Assembly (NCBI GenBank): GCA_945644815.1
Contig: CALZFA010000001.1
Location: 1-47,572, forward strand
DNA from: an uncultured Clostridia bacterium
GTDB lineage: Bacteria > Bacillota > Clostridia > Peptostreptococcales > Anaerovoracaceae
Direction: 5' to 3'
Length of the DNA stretch: 47,572 bases
The notes under the pieces are model-generated. The model was not told the DNA's origin. It ran no database searches and saw nothing but the letters and a program-made list of their open reading frames with translations. Of this stretch, positions 18,911-28,398 are shown in pieces. The translations under genes and the position numbers were made by a program. Position 1 is the stretch's first letter. The number at the start of each line of letters is the position of its first letter.

Positions 18911-20670
18911 ACCGCATCACCGCCTTTCCTATTCTGGCTTTCGTAAACCTCTCTGTATATTTCGCTTCTTTCCATAAGCTCAGCGTGAGTGCCGCAATCT
19001 GCCACCTTTCCTTCATCCATTACGATTATCTTGTCCGAATCCTGCACCGATGAAATTCTCTGCGCTATGATAATCTTTGTCGTGTCAGGAAGCTCACTGG
19101 CAAAAGCCCTTCTTATAAGTGCATCGGTTTTCATATCCACCGCACTGGTGGAGTCGTCCAGAATGAGAATCTTTGGCTTCTTGAGAAGGGCTCTGGCAAT
19201 ACAGAGCCTCTGCTTCTGTCCGCCGGATACGTTGGTTCCCCCCTGCTCTATATATGTGTCATAGCCGTCTTCGAACTTTTCTATAAACTCGTCGGCACAG
19301 GCAACACCGCACGCATGGCGGATCTCTTCGTCAGTGGCATTTTCATTACCCCAACGCAGGTTTTCTCTGATGGTGCCTGAGAAAAGAACATTCTTCTGGA
19401 GCACCATGGCAACCTGATTTCTCAAAGTTTCCATATCATAATCACGCACATCCACACCGCCTACCTTGACTTGCCCCTCGCTTACATCATAGAGCCTGGG
19501 TATCAGCTGAACCAGACTGGATTTTGATGAGCCCGTTGCGCCTATTATGCCAACAGTCATTCCCGAATCGATATGAAGATTTATATTATCAAGAACTTTC
19601 TTTGTATCGGAGCCTTCATCGGCCTCTGAGTACCTGAATCCTGTATTTACAAAATCTATGGAGCCATCTTTTATTTTCGTAACCGGATTTGCAGGATTTT
19701 TTATTTCGCTCTCCTCATCGAGAAGCTCTACGATTCTTTCGCCGGAAGCCTTTGCCATGGTCATCATGGCAAATATCATAGAAATCATCATCAGGCTCAT
19801 AAGAATCTGCATGGTATATGTTATCATACTCATAAGCTGCCCTGTGGTCAGCCCCAAAGCTGCATCATTTCCGCCGGCCACTATCATTCTGGCTCCTATC
19901 CATGAAATCAGAAGCATACAGATATACATACATGTCTGCATAAGCGGTGACACGAAAGCCATGGTTTTTTCAGCTCGGGAGAAGTCCTTGTAGATGTTTC
20001 CCGAAACCTCTCCGAACTTTTCGTTTTCGTATTTCTGGCGGTTAAAGGATTTGACAACTCGCACTGCATAAAGGTTTTCCTGAACCACATTGTTAAGTTT
20101 GTCATAGGTTCTGAAAATTTTGTTGAACAGCGGATAAACCTTTTTGATTATCATGAACATGCCAATTCCCATTGCCGGCAGGACGGCCAGAAATATAAGG
20201 GATAACTTATGATTTACGCTGAAAGAGGCAATCAGTGCAAAAATCAGCATCCCCGGCGCCCGCACCGTAATTCTTATTATCATCTGAAATGCCTGCTGCA
20301 CGTTGGTTACGTCTGTTGTAAGTCTGGTAACTATGCTGCCCGTAGAAAATTTATCTATGTTGGCAAAGGAAAATTCCTGCACCTTATTGTATAAGGCCTG
20401 CCTCAGATTTTTAGCAAAGCCTGCAGATGCCGTTGGTGCGGTTTTCCCTGCCAGTACTCCGAATGCCATTGCCAGCACAGCCGCAGCCAGAAGAATTATT
20501 CCGTATTTAGTGACTTCTCCCATATCGCCGGCATCTATGCCGTTGTCTATCAGCTGCGCCATCAGGAGCGGTATCACTATCTCCATAAGTGCTTCAAGGG
20601 TTACCAGAACCGGAGTTATAACTGCATATTTTTTATATTCTCCTACATATTTCGAAAGTGTTTTAATCAT
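18907..20670 (-). CDS. ABC exporter, fused permease/ATPase (heterodimer half)
   Basis: 6-TM domain followed by GATGSSKSS, VSGGQKQR and LILDDSTS. ATGA overlap with its partner gene. Confidence 0.9.
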   Translation of the reverse strand: MIKTLSKYVGEYKKYAVITPVLVTLEALMEIVIPLLMAQLIDNGIDAGDMGEVTKYGIILLAAAVLAMAFGVLAGKTAPTASAGFAKNLRQALYNKVQEFSFANIDKFSTGSIVTRLTTDVTNVQQAFQMIIRITVRAPGMLIFALIASFSVNHKLSLIFLAVLPAMGIGMFMIIKKVYPLFNKIFRTYDKLNNVVQENLYAVRVVKSFNRQKYENEKFGEVSGNIYKDFSRAEKTMAFVSPLMQTCMYICMLLISWIGARMIVAGGNDAALGLTTGQLMSMITYTMQILMSLMMISMIFAMMTMAKASGERIVELLDEESEIKNPANPVTKIKDGSIDFVNTGFRYSEADEGSDTKKVLDNINLHIDSGMTVGIIGATGSSKSSLVQLIPRLYDVSEGQVKVGGVDVRDYDMETLRNQVAMVLQKNVLFSGTIRENLRWGNENATDEEIRHACGVACADEFIEKFEDGYDTYIEQGGTNVSGGQKQRLCIARALLKKPKILILDDSTSAVDMKTDALIRRAFASELPDTTKIIIAQRISSVQDSDKIIVMDEGKVADCGTHAELMERSEIYREVYESQNRKGGDAV

Positions 20671-20724
20671 CTTTCCTATGCACCCTCTCTCATTATTTTT
20701 TTATGTAATCCGATAATTATACCA

Positions 20725-20759
20725 TAAAAAAAGACGGGACTCAACGACGAGACCCGTCT
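20725..20759 (-). terminator. intrinsic terminator after hydA
   Basis: Minus strand reads AGACGGGTCTC-GTCGTT-GAGTCCCGTCT followed by TTTTTTT. Confidence 0.85.
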
Positions 20760-20779
20760 CAAAACTGAAGTTTTGGTGA

Positions 20780-22537
20780 CTAATCTATGTTTTTTCTGTC
20801 TACAAAATGGGTGTGAAGCAGCTTGTGTGCCTTCATGCCCCCTGCCATGCCCAGATACTCTTTATAAAGTTTTTTGATTGCCGGATTGTTATGAGACTTT
20901 CTGATAAATTTCTCCATGTCACCCTTATAAAGGGCCTTGGCTCTCTTTTCCTTAAAGTCTACCCAGTTTCTTACATCGGAAACCTGAAGTGGCTGACCGC
21001 CTCCGTTAATGCAGCCTCCGGGACATGCCATAATTTCAATAAAGTCAAAATGCTCCCCTGCTTTCACCCTTTCCATAAGCTTTCTTGCATTTCCCAGTCC
21101 GTGAGCCACAGCCGCCCTTATATTAAGGTCTGCAATTTTAACCTCTGCCACCTTAATATCCTCAAGCCCTCTTACTTCCACATAATCGATGGAATCAGAG
21201 CTTACACCGTTAATAATGTCGGCGACGGTTCTGAGAGCTGCCTCCATTACGCCTCCTGTGGTTCCGAAAATAAGGCCTGCACCTGTTGACTGTCCCAATG
21301 GATCATCAAAGCTGCCGTCTCCTATGGCATTAAAGTCAATTCCAATGGACTTAATCATTCTGGCCAGTTCTCTGGTGGTAATAACTAAATCTACATCCGC
21401 TCTTCCGTCCACGGATAATTCCGGCCTCTGTGATTCAAATTTCTTCGCAGTACAAGGCATAACCGATACTACGACTATCTTATCCGGATCAAGACCGTTT
21501 CTTTCCGCAAAATAGCTCTTGGTAATGGCTCCCAACATTTCATGAGGAGACTTGCATGTGGAAAGGTTAGGAATCATTTCCGGGAAATTATGCTCACAGA
21601 ACTTGATCCATCCCGGTGAGCACGATGTGATAAGCGGAAGCACCCCGCCGCCTCTGATCCTATCAATAAGTTCCGTACCTTCCTCCATAATGGTAAGGTC
21701 CGCTCCCGTATTTGTATCGAAGACTTTGTCAAAGCCAAGCATTCTCAGGGCTGTAACCATCCTGCCTGTCACATCTGTTCCTATTGGGTTTCCGAATTCT
21801 TCGCCGAGGGCAGCTCTTACAGCAGGAGCCGTCTGGACCACCACATATTTATCCTCATCATAGAGGGCATCCCATACAGCATCGATATCTCTGTGCTCCT
21901 GCAGTGCTCCTGTAGGGCATACGTTAATGCACTGACCGCAGCTTACGCACATTGTATCATCAAGACTTTTATTTCCCGCCGTCCCTATGACGGTGTTAAA
22001 TCCCCTGTTTATGGCAGATATAGCGCCTACCGTCTGAATATTATTGCAGATGCTTATACATCTTCTGCAAAGTACACAGCGATTAGGGTCTCTCTGAATA
22101 GAAATTCCGTCATCCATATCCACGGCAGCGTTCTGTGTAACCGTTTCCTGATATTTTCTGTAGCTGCTGAAATGAACGTCCAGCATATTGGCAAGAGCCT
22201 GCAGCTCGCAATGAGAATCGGAACGGGTACAGCTCTGGCATATTGCCGGATGATTTGAAAGAATCAGCTCCATATTCTTTTTGCGGACTTTTATTATTTC
22301 CGGTGAATGAGTTCTTACTTCCATCCCGTCGTATACCGGATAAACACATGCAGGTTCCAGGCTTTTTTTACCCTTGATTTCCACCAGACACATTCTGCAG
22401 CATCCTATTTCACTTACATCCTTAAGAAAGCACAGAGTAGGGATATGGATGTTGATCTCCTTAGCAGCCTCTAAAATAGTATAATCATCAGGTACATAAA
22501 CCTGGATTCCGTCGATTTTAACATGAACTTTTCCCAT
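20780..22537 (-). CDS. hydA: [FeFe]-hydrogenase catalytic subunit, HydA of a HydABC/Hnd-type complex
   Basis: N-terminal 2Fe-2S domain, a His-ligated cluster (NHPAICQSCTRSDSHC), and two 4Fe-4S motifs. H-cluster motifs P2 MPCTAKKFE and P3 EIMACPGGCINGGGQP are canonical, but P1 reads TSCSPGW. GGAGGTGG before ATG 22537. Confidence 0.9.
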   Translation of the reverse strand: MGKVHVKIDGIQVYVPDDYTILEAAKEINIHIPTLCFLKDVSEIGCCRMCLVEIKGKKSLEPACVYPVYDGMEVRTHSPEIIKVRKKNMELILSNHPAICQSCTRSDSHCELQALANMLDVHFSSYRKYQETVTQNAAVDMDDGISIQRDPNRCVLCRRCISICNNIQTVGAISAINRGFNTVIGTAGNKSLDDTMCVSCGQCINVCPTGALQEHRDIDAVWDALYDEDKYVVVQTAPAVRAALGEEFGNPIGTDVTGRMVTALRMLGFDKVFDTNTGADLTIMEEGTELIDRIRGGGVLPLITSCSPGWIKFCEHNFPEMIPNLSTCKSPHEMLGAITKSYFAERNGLDPDKIVVVSVMPCTAKKFESQRPELSVDGRADVDLVITTRELARMIKSIGIDFNAIGDGSFDDPLGQSTGAGLIFGTTGGVMEAALRTVADIINGVSSDSIDYVEVRGLEDIKVAEVKIADLNIRAAVAHGLGNARKLMERVKAGEHFDFIEIMACPGGCINGGGQPLQVSDVRNWVDFKEKRAKALYKGDMEKFIRKSHNNPAIKKLYKEYLGMAGGMKAHKLLHTHFVDRKNID

Positions 22538-22553
22538 TTTATTGCCACCTCCT

Positions 22554-24419
22554 TTATGCATTCTTCATTATGGACTTGAACGGACACTTGCTCATGCAGA
22601 CACCGCACTTGATACACTTGTCCTGATCGATAACATATGGCCACTCCTTGCTGCCGGAAATGGCGCCCACAGGGCAGTTCTTTGCACAGATACCGCAACG
22701 CTTGCAGCTTTCCTTTTCGATGATGTATCTGAGCATGGAGATACAAACTCCCGCAGGACATTTCTTATCTCTCACATGAGCTATGTATTCATCTTTAAAA
22801 TATTTCATAGTAGAGAGTACCGGGTTTGGTGCTGACTGCCCCAGTCCGCAGAGTGCTCCCCTCTGAATGGCCTCGGAAAGTTCCTCCAGTTCGTCAAGGT
22901 CCTCCATAGAGCCTTTACCCTCTGTAATTCTTGTAATTATTTCAAGCATTCGTTTGGTACCGATACGGCAAGGCGGACATTTACCACAGGACTCTTCAAC
23001 GGTAAACTCCAGGAAGAACTTTGCAATATCCACCATACATGTGGTTTCGTCCATTACAATGAGACCTCCCGATCCCATCATGGAACCCAGACTTGTGAGG
23101 GAGTCGTAGTCTATAGGCGTATCGATGAGATCCGCCGGTATGCATCCTCCTGAAGGCCCCCCTGTCTGAGCAGCCTTGAACTTTTTATCTCCCGGGATTC
23201 CTCCTCCGATATCATATATAATTTCTCTCAGGCTGGTTCCCATAGGGATTTCAACCAATCCGGTATTATTAATCTTTCCGCTTACGGCAAAAACCTTTGT
23301 CCCCTTGGATTTCTCCGTTCCGATAGAATTATACCATTCCACGCCTTTTACAATAATCTGCGGCACATTGGCAAAGGTTTCCACGTTGTTTAGCACCGTC
23401 GGCTTACTAAAAAGGCCTTTTTCCGTAGCACGCGGCGGCTTAGGCCGAGGTTCACCCCTGTTTCCTTCTATGGAAATCATCAGAGCCGATCCCTCTCCGC
23501 ATACGAAAGCTCCCGCACCAAGTCGGATTTCTATATCAAATTCAAAGCCTCTGCCAAGAATATTCTTACCCAGAAGCCCGTATTCTCTTGCCTGCGCAAT
23601 GGCAGTTCTGAGTCTTTCCACTGCTATAGGATATTCAGCTCTTATGTACACAAATCCCTTGTGAGCGCCCACAGCATAACCTGCGATGGCCATTGCCTCA
23701 ATTACAGAATGCGGGTCGCCTTCTAAAATGGAACGGTCCATAAAAGCACCCGGATCTCCTTCATCAGCATTGCAGCAGATATACTTTTCTTTACTTTCCT
23801 GTTTTGCCGCGGCTTCCCATTTGACCCCTGCCGGGAATCCTCCGCCGCCTCTTCCTCTCAGCCCTGACTCTTTGATTGCGTCAATAACATCTTCCGGCTC
23901 CATTTCGGTCAGAACCATGGAAAGTGCCTCGTAGCCGTCAAAAGCGATGTACTCGTCTATGCATTCCGGATCTATACGGCCGCAGTTTCTCAGTGCGACT
24001 CGCTTCTGCTTGGAAAAAAATTCTGTTTCATTTTGGGATATCAGTCGTTCCACCGGCCTTCCGCCTTTAATATGACATTCCCATATCTCATCAAGATCAT
24101 CCGGGTTAACCTGGGTATACATATAATTCCCCGGCTGTACCATAACAATAGGACCTTCTGCACAAAGTCCGAAACAGCCCGTCTTTACTATGGCAACTTT
24201 TTCATTTAAACCGTCTTCTGCCATTAGCAGGTTCAACTTTTCAAGGAGCTTTCCCGACCCTGACGAGGTGCAGCCTGTGCTGCCGCATACCATTATATGG
24301 ATGTCTGCTCCGTCATAGTCTCCCACGCCGATTCTTGCCCCTATTTTCTTCAGGCTTTCCTCTCTCAGCTCTCTTATTTCGGTAATTGTTTTATAATCTC
24401 TCTTTTTCTCTGCTGTCAT
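22554..24419 (-). CDS. hydB: NuoF-like flavoprotein subunit HydB (NAD(P)H/FMN, multiple Fe-S clusters)
   Basis: N-terminal thioredoxin-like 2Fe-2S domain, GRGGGGFP FMN/NADH motif, ESCGKCPPCR, and a C-terminal 2x CxxCxxCxxxCP. Confidence 0.9.
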   Translation of the reverse strand: MTAEKKRDYKTITEIRELREESLKKIGARIGVGDYDGADIHIMVCGSTGCTSSGSGKLLEKLNLLMAEDGLNEKVAIVKTGCFGLCAEGPIVMVQPGNYMYTQVNPDDLDEIWECHIKGGRPVERLISQNETEFFSKQKRVALRNCGRIDPECIDEYIAFDGYEALSMVLTEMEPEDVIDAIKESGLRGRGGGGFPAGVKWEAAAKQESKEKYICCNADEGDPGAFMDRSILEGDPHSVIEAMAIAGYAVGAHKGFVYIRAEYPIAVERLRTAIAQAREYGLLGKNILGRGFEFDIEIRLGAGAFVCGEGSALMISIEGNRGEPRPKPPRATEKGLFSKPTVLNNVETFANVPQIIVKGVEWYNSIGTEKSKGTKVFAVSGKINNTGLVEIPMGTSLREIIYDIGGGIPGDKKFKAAQTGGPSGGCIPADLIDTPIDYDSLTSLGSMMGSGGLIVMDETTCMVDIAKFFLEFTVEESCGKCPPCRIGTKRMLEIITRITEGKGSMEDLDELEELSEAIQRGALCGLGQSAPNPVLSTMKYFKDEYIAHVRDKKCPAGVCISMLRYIIEKESCKRCGICAKNCPVGAISGSKEWPYVIDQDKCIKCGVCMSKCPFKSIMKNA

Positions 24420-24423
24420 ATGC

Positions 24424-24909
24424 CTATGCCTCCATCGCCTCATACTTATCGATTATATCGTCAATGTCAGCTTCCGTCAGTCTGCCGTACACTTCATCGT
24501 TTACGGTGATAACAGGCGCAAGACCGCAGGCTCCTATGCACCGACAAGCATCTAAGGAAAATTTTCCATCTTCTGTACATTCACCGACCTCGATTGCCAG
24601 CCTTTCCTTCAGCTTATTGAGAATATCCGCTGAACCTTTGACATAGCAGGCAGTTCCCATACAGACATTTATTTTAAATTTTCCCTTCTTTGTCAAAGAA
24701 AACTGGGAATAAAAGGTGGCCACTCCGTAAACCTTAGCCACCGGCTCTCCAAGACCTTCGGAAATTTTTTTCATAACATCCTCCGGAAGATAGCCGTATA
24801 TGGCCTGAGCCTCGTGAAGCACCGGGATAAGAGCTCCCGGCATATCCTTGTGCTCTTCAATAACCTTTGCAAGCATTTCATCCATTAAAGCCTGGTTCTC
24901 ACAACACAT
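24424..24909 (-). CDS. hydC: NuoE-like 2Fe-2S subunit HydC
   Basis: Cys pattern CMGTAC...CRCIGAC. AAGGAG RBS. Confidence 0.9.
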   Translation of the reverse strand: MCCENQALMDEMLAKVIEEHKDMPGALIPVLHEAQAIYGYLPEDVMKKISEGLGEPVAKVYGVATFYSQFSLTKKGKFKINVCMGTACYVKGSADILNKLKERLAIEVGECTEDGKFSLDACRCIGACGLAPVITVNDEVYGRLTEADIDDIIDKYEAMEA

Positions 24910-24966
24910 AAATCTGTTTCTCCTTAACTTACTGTCTCACTTTTTTAAATGTTTTTAGCTGTTACA

Positions 24967-24995
24967 ATATTAACATGTGTATACATAATTCACAA
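24967..24995 (-). promoter_or_regulatory. putative sigma-A promoter of hydCBA (TTGTGA-17-TAATAT)
   Basis: Read on the minus strand, about 55 nt upstream of the hydC ATG. Confidence 0.45.
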
Positions 24996-25029
24996 GAAAA
25001 ACCGACAAAAAAATATTGTTTTTTTGTCG
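24993..25029 (-). terminator. second A/T-rich hairpin (11-bp perfect stem CGACAAAAAAA/TTTTTTTGTCG) plus T-run
   Basis: Read directly. It lies immediately downstream of the rplT terminator. Confidence 0.45.
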
Positions 25030-25037
25030 TATAATAC

Positions 25038-25068
25038 GCAATAAAACCGGAGCTTTTTCACTCCGGTT
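25038..25068 (-). terminator. intrinsic terminator after rplT
   Basis: Minus strand reads AACCGGAG-TGAAAAAG-CTCCGGTT followed by TTATT. Confidence 0.75.
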
Positions 25069-25084
25069 CTACAGACTTTCTTTT

Positions 25085-25444
25085 TTATTTTGCAACTGCC
25101 TTCTTAGCTGTTTCGCAAAGAGCTGTGAAAGCCGGTGCATCATGGATAGCCATTTCTGAGAGCATTTTTCTATTGATTTCGATGCCGCTCTTCTTAAGAC
25201 CGTTCATCAGCTGGCTGTAGCTGATACCGTTCATTCTTGCGCCTGCATTGATTCTCGCAATCCACATCTGTCTGTACTGTCTCTTCTTTAACTTTCTGCC
25301 TACATATGCAGATCTTAAGGATCTCATTACTGCCGGGTTCGCAGCCTTGAACTGTTTGCTTCTGGCTCCGTAGAAGCCTTTAGCTAATTTTAAGATTTTT
25401 TTATGTCTCTTGTGTGCGTTAACACCTTTCTTTACTCTTGCCAT
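25085..25444 (-). CDS. rplT: 50S ribosomal protein L20
   Basis: Begins [18 protein letters not shown]...; unmistakable L20 sequence. Confidence 0.97.
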   Translation of the reverse strand: MARVKKGVNAHKRHKKILKLAKGFYGARSKQFKAANPAVMRSLRSAYVGRKLKKRQYRQMWIARINAGARMNGISYSQLMNGLKKSGIEINRKMLSEMAIHDAPAFTALCETAKKAVAK

Positions 25445-25471
25445 TTTTCTTACCTCCTGAATCCTTTCAAA

Positions 25472-25672
25472 CTATTTTGCCATTGATCTGAGCATTCTCT
25501 TTAAGTCAGCACTTGTTAAAACTGTGGACTTTCTCAAGCCTCTTTTTCTCTTAGCTGTCTTCTTAGTAAGAATATGGCTCTTATATGCCTTATTTCTCTT
25601 AATCTTTCCGGATCCGGTTAATTTAAGTCTCTTACATGCTCCTCTGTGGGATTTCATCTTATTCTTTGCCAT
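25472..25672 (-). CDS. rpmI: 50S ribosomal protein L35
   Basis: 66-aa basic protein beginning [15 protein letters not shown]. Confidence 0.95.
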   Translation of the reverse strand: MAKNKMKSHRGACKRLKLTGSGKIKRNKAYKSHILTKKTAKRKRGLRKSTVLTSADLKRMLRSMAK

Positions 25673-25724
25673 GATGATTTTTCTCCTCCTATATAAATGT
25701 AAATCGTTTGTAACTAATGAAAAA

Positions 25725-26240
25725 TTATTTTTCGGTTTTAGGTCCGAGCACCATTGTCAAGCTTCTGCCTTCAAATAAAGGCTTTTTTTCTATCACGCTC
25801 ACATCGGCTACACTGGCCGCAAAAGCGTTCATAACCTCCATACCTCTTGCCTGGTAGTCTCTTTCTCTGCCTCTGAATCTCAGACTCACCTTGACTTTAT
25901 CGCCATCCTGAAGGAATTTCGAAGCGGTTTTAGCTTTAACCTGTATGTCATGGTCTTCAATAAACGTGCTGAGCCTGATTTCCTTAATCTGCGTGGTTTT
26001 CTGCTTCTTCTTGGCTTCTTTCTCCTTCTTCTGGAGTTCATAACGATATTTACCGTAGTCAAGAATCTTGCATACCGGCGGTTTGGCATTAGGTGAAATG
26101 TTGACAAGGTCAAGCTTCTTTTCTTCTGCCAGATTCAGCGCTTCGTCTATTGACATAACACCGAGCATAGTTCCATCCGTGTCAATAACTCTAACTTCCT
26201 TATCACGAATTTCTTCGTTGATCAAATTTTCCTTGCTAAT
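25725..26240 (-). CDS. infC: translation initiation factor IF-3, ATT start codon
   Basis: [15 protein letters not shown]... is a conserved IF-3 sequence. AGGAGGTG lies 7 nt upstream of ATT at 26240..26238. The longer ORF reaching 26291 runs through the RBS and the attenuator. Confidence 0.9.
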   Translation of the reverse strand: MSKENLINEEIRDKEVRVIDTDGTMLGVMSIDEALNLAEEKKLDLVNISPNAKPPVCKILDYGKYRYELQKKEKEAKKKQKTTQIKEIRLSTFIEDHDIQVKAKTASKFLQDGDKVKVSLRFRGRERDYQARGMEVMNAFAASVADVSVIEKKPLFEGRSLTMVLGPKTEK

Positions 26241-26396
26241 GGCTGAGCACCTCCTAAAAAAATAGCGGATACAAGTCAGTATCCGCCTCATTACACCCCC
26301 GCAAAAGGTGTTAATTTCAACATATCAACCCGTACCGGCGACATGGCCTGTCAGGTGAGAAGCGGATTACTTCTTCTTCGTTACCTGAATAATATA
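26241..26396 (-). promoter_or_regulatory. L20-leader-type transcription attenuator of infC-rpmI-rplT (terminator hairpin 26265..26286 plus T7)
   Basis: Minus strand reads GCGGATAC-TGACTT-GTATCCGC-TATTTTTTT directly before the infC RBS. An upstream GTAATCCGC can pair alternatively with the 5-prime arm of that hairpin. Confidence 0.65.
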
Positions 26397-26420
26397 CCAC
26401 CGGTTAAGGGTCATTGTCAA
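26391..26420 (-). promoter_or_regulatory. sigma-A promoter of the infC operon (TTGACA-18-TATATT with TGn extension)
   Basis: Read on the minus strand. Confidence 0.6.
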
Positions 26421-26448
26421 GCATTTATTTTCAAAGGACATTATATTT

Positions 26449-26510
26449 CAAAAAGTAAACCTAATTTTTTTATTTTCAACGGTTTTTTGCGGGTTCGGCA
26501 GGTTTACTTT
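26449..26510. repeat. large-loop hairpin element, copy 2 (11-bp stem AAAGTAAACCT/AGGTTTACTTT, 37-nt loop); probable terminator of the mrp-like operon
   Basis: Shares CAAAAAGTAAACCTA ... TTTTCAAYGGTTT ... AGGTTTACTTT with 1357..1417. Confidence 0.6.
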
Positions 26511-26562
26511 CGCATAACGTCATGACATTCCGGCAGGTTTGCCTCTACCTGACACTATGGCA

Positions 26563-28398
26563 TTATGACACGCCCTGTACCTTGAGAACTACCATCACAA
26601 CCGTAACTATAATAAGTGCCAACAGTACATTTATTGCTACCAGCATTCCCGCCGGCTTCATGAGCACATCGTCATCCTCGATTCCCCCCTGCCGCCGCGG
26701 AACTTTTATGCCCATATTCTCAAGCATAGCTGCAGGACTGTGTAAATAGCAACTCCCGACTGTCACTAACTTAAAGGCAGCCGTGCCGCAGGCGTCAAAC
26801 AATCCTGATACTGCGGCAGATGTCCATCTGACTGCGCCAGCCAGCGGCTTCCTGTAAAACCAGTCAAAATCCAGAGTTATAGCCTTATGTGGAGCCATAT
26901 GGTCAATATACATTACAAACACAATAGTCGCCGCTGCAAAAATCTCTATATACTGAGTTACGTGATCCACGGTGAAAGGATGACCATCGGATCCGAAAGG
27001 TGTGAGCCCGTAAATAAGGCTCGGCATCACGCCTATGAGCACACAGCCGACAGTACCCATGATCAAAGCTATTTTCACATTCAGTGGAACCGGCTTCACC
27101 TCAATGTCGGTACATACGCCGGTGCATCTGTTGACGTGTCCGTCAGTATGTTTACCGGAACAGTCTTCTTCAGATTCGCCATCAGCATTCCCGAAGAAAA
27201 CAAAATAATTCACCTTAAGCGCTATGGAAAGCAGCGTTCCCACGCTGGCCACCATTAACAGTATCTCAGCTATATGATACCCGCCCGCAGCCATAGCGTT
27301 CATTACCAGAGACTTGCTTACGAAACCGTTTAGCAAGGGAAACCCCGCTATGGACAAGGATGCAATAAGAAAGCATACTGCCGTCAGAGGCATCTTATGG
27401 TAAAGACCTTTCAGATCGCTTATTCTCCTCTTTCCCGTAGATGCAATTACGGCACCGCAGCACATGAACAGCACGCCTTTATAAAGAATATTGTTGAAAG
27501 TATGGGCTGCAGCACCGTCTATTCCCAGAGCACCTCCCACCGCCGCGGACGCTACAATATAGCCTAACTGACTGACTATATGATAAGAGAACAGCCTGCG
27601 AAGGTCATTTTCTATAAGTGCCATTGATGCTCCGTATATAGCCATGAAAACACCCACCCACAGCAGGAATTCAGTTCCCGCAAAGAGGCGGATAATATAA
27701 AACATACCTACTTTTGTAGTAAAGGAGGCCATATAGACCGTTCCGCCCACAGGCGCCTCCGGATAGGCATCGGAAATCCAGCTGTTGAGAGGAGGAATTG
27801 CAGCATTTACGGCAACTCCGAGGAAAATCAGCCAAAAGGCTGCGTCTCCTGTACCTGTCAGACAGGTTATAGCCATAGAGCCTCCTGCCACTTTTATGAT
27901 AATTCCCGCCAGCAACATATTGCCGCCCAGCAGATGTATCATAAGGTAACGGAACCCTGCTTTTGATGCGCTCTCTGTTTTGGCTGATGTTATAATCAGC
28001 CACGATGATACTGCCATTATTTCCCAGAAGATAACCAGAGAAATCCAGTCGCCTGCCAGAACTGCACCCATAGAGCTGCCTGCATATACAGCCTCAAAGC
28101 CTGTTTCGAAACGGCTTTTGGAGTTCAGGGCATATACCGCTCCAATAATGGATGCCACCGAGAAAATTATAAGAAACATCTTTGTCAGGTCATCCACATG
28201 AAGTAACTCCAGTGTTATGCCGGGCAGTATTTCTACTGAAAGGATGCTGTTACCATCAAGTCCAAAGACCGCCACAGCCGCCAGCAAAGGTCCTGCAATC
28301 ATCAGAACCTTACGCAGCCTTTCCGGAACAGCCGTCATCACAATTCCGAATAATATTAAAACCAGTCCGGGATGGAGGTTGTTAAACATTACCCTCAC
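26563..28398 (-). CDS. MrpD/NuoL-M-N family antiporter-like subunit (third copy) with a Cys/His-rich loop
   Basis: Proton_antipo_M-type polytopic protein (WEIMAV, NAAIPPLNSW, HTFNNILYKGVLFM). Start is either 28398 (GTG) or 28389 (ATG). Confidence 0.8.
   Translation of the reverse strand: MRVMFNNLHPGLVLILFGIVMTAVPERLRKVLMIAGPLLAAVAVFGLDGNSILSVEILPGITLELLHVDDLTKMFLIIFSVASIIGAVYALNSKSRFETGFEAVYAGSSMGAVLAGDWISLVIFWEIMAVSSWLIITSAKTESASKAGFRYLMIHLLGGNMLLAGIIIKVAGGSMAITCLTGTGDAAFWLIFLGVAVNAAIPPLNSWISDAYPEAPVGGTVYMASFTTKVGMFYIIRLFAGTEFLLWVGVFMAIYGASMALIENDLRRLFSYHIVSQLGYIVASAAVGGALGIDGAAAHTFNNILYKGVLFMCCGAVIASTGKRRISDLKGLYHKMPLTAVCFLIASLSIAGFPLLNGFVSKSLVMNAMAAGGYHIAEILLMVASVGTLLSIALKVNYFVFFGNADGESEEDCSGKHTDGHVNRCTGVCTDIEVKPVPLNVKIALIMGTVGCVLIGVMPSLIYGLTPFGSDGHPFTVDHVTQYIEIFAAATIVFVMYIDHMAPHKAITLDFDWFYRKPLAGAVRWTSAAVSGLFDACGTAAFKLVTVGSCYLHSPAAMLENMGIKVPRRQGGIEDDDVLMKPAGMLVAINVLLALIIVTVVMVVLKVQGVS

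Noticed and set aside
24967-25000. A possible Rex (redox repressor) operator at the hydC promoter, based on the TTGTGAA / TTCACAA half-site.
   Set aside because: Only one good half-site is present. The partner half at the 4-nt spacing required by TTGTGAA-N4-TTCACAA matches poorly. The hexamer is more simply explained as the -35 element.
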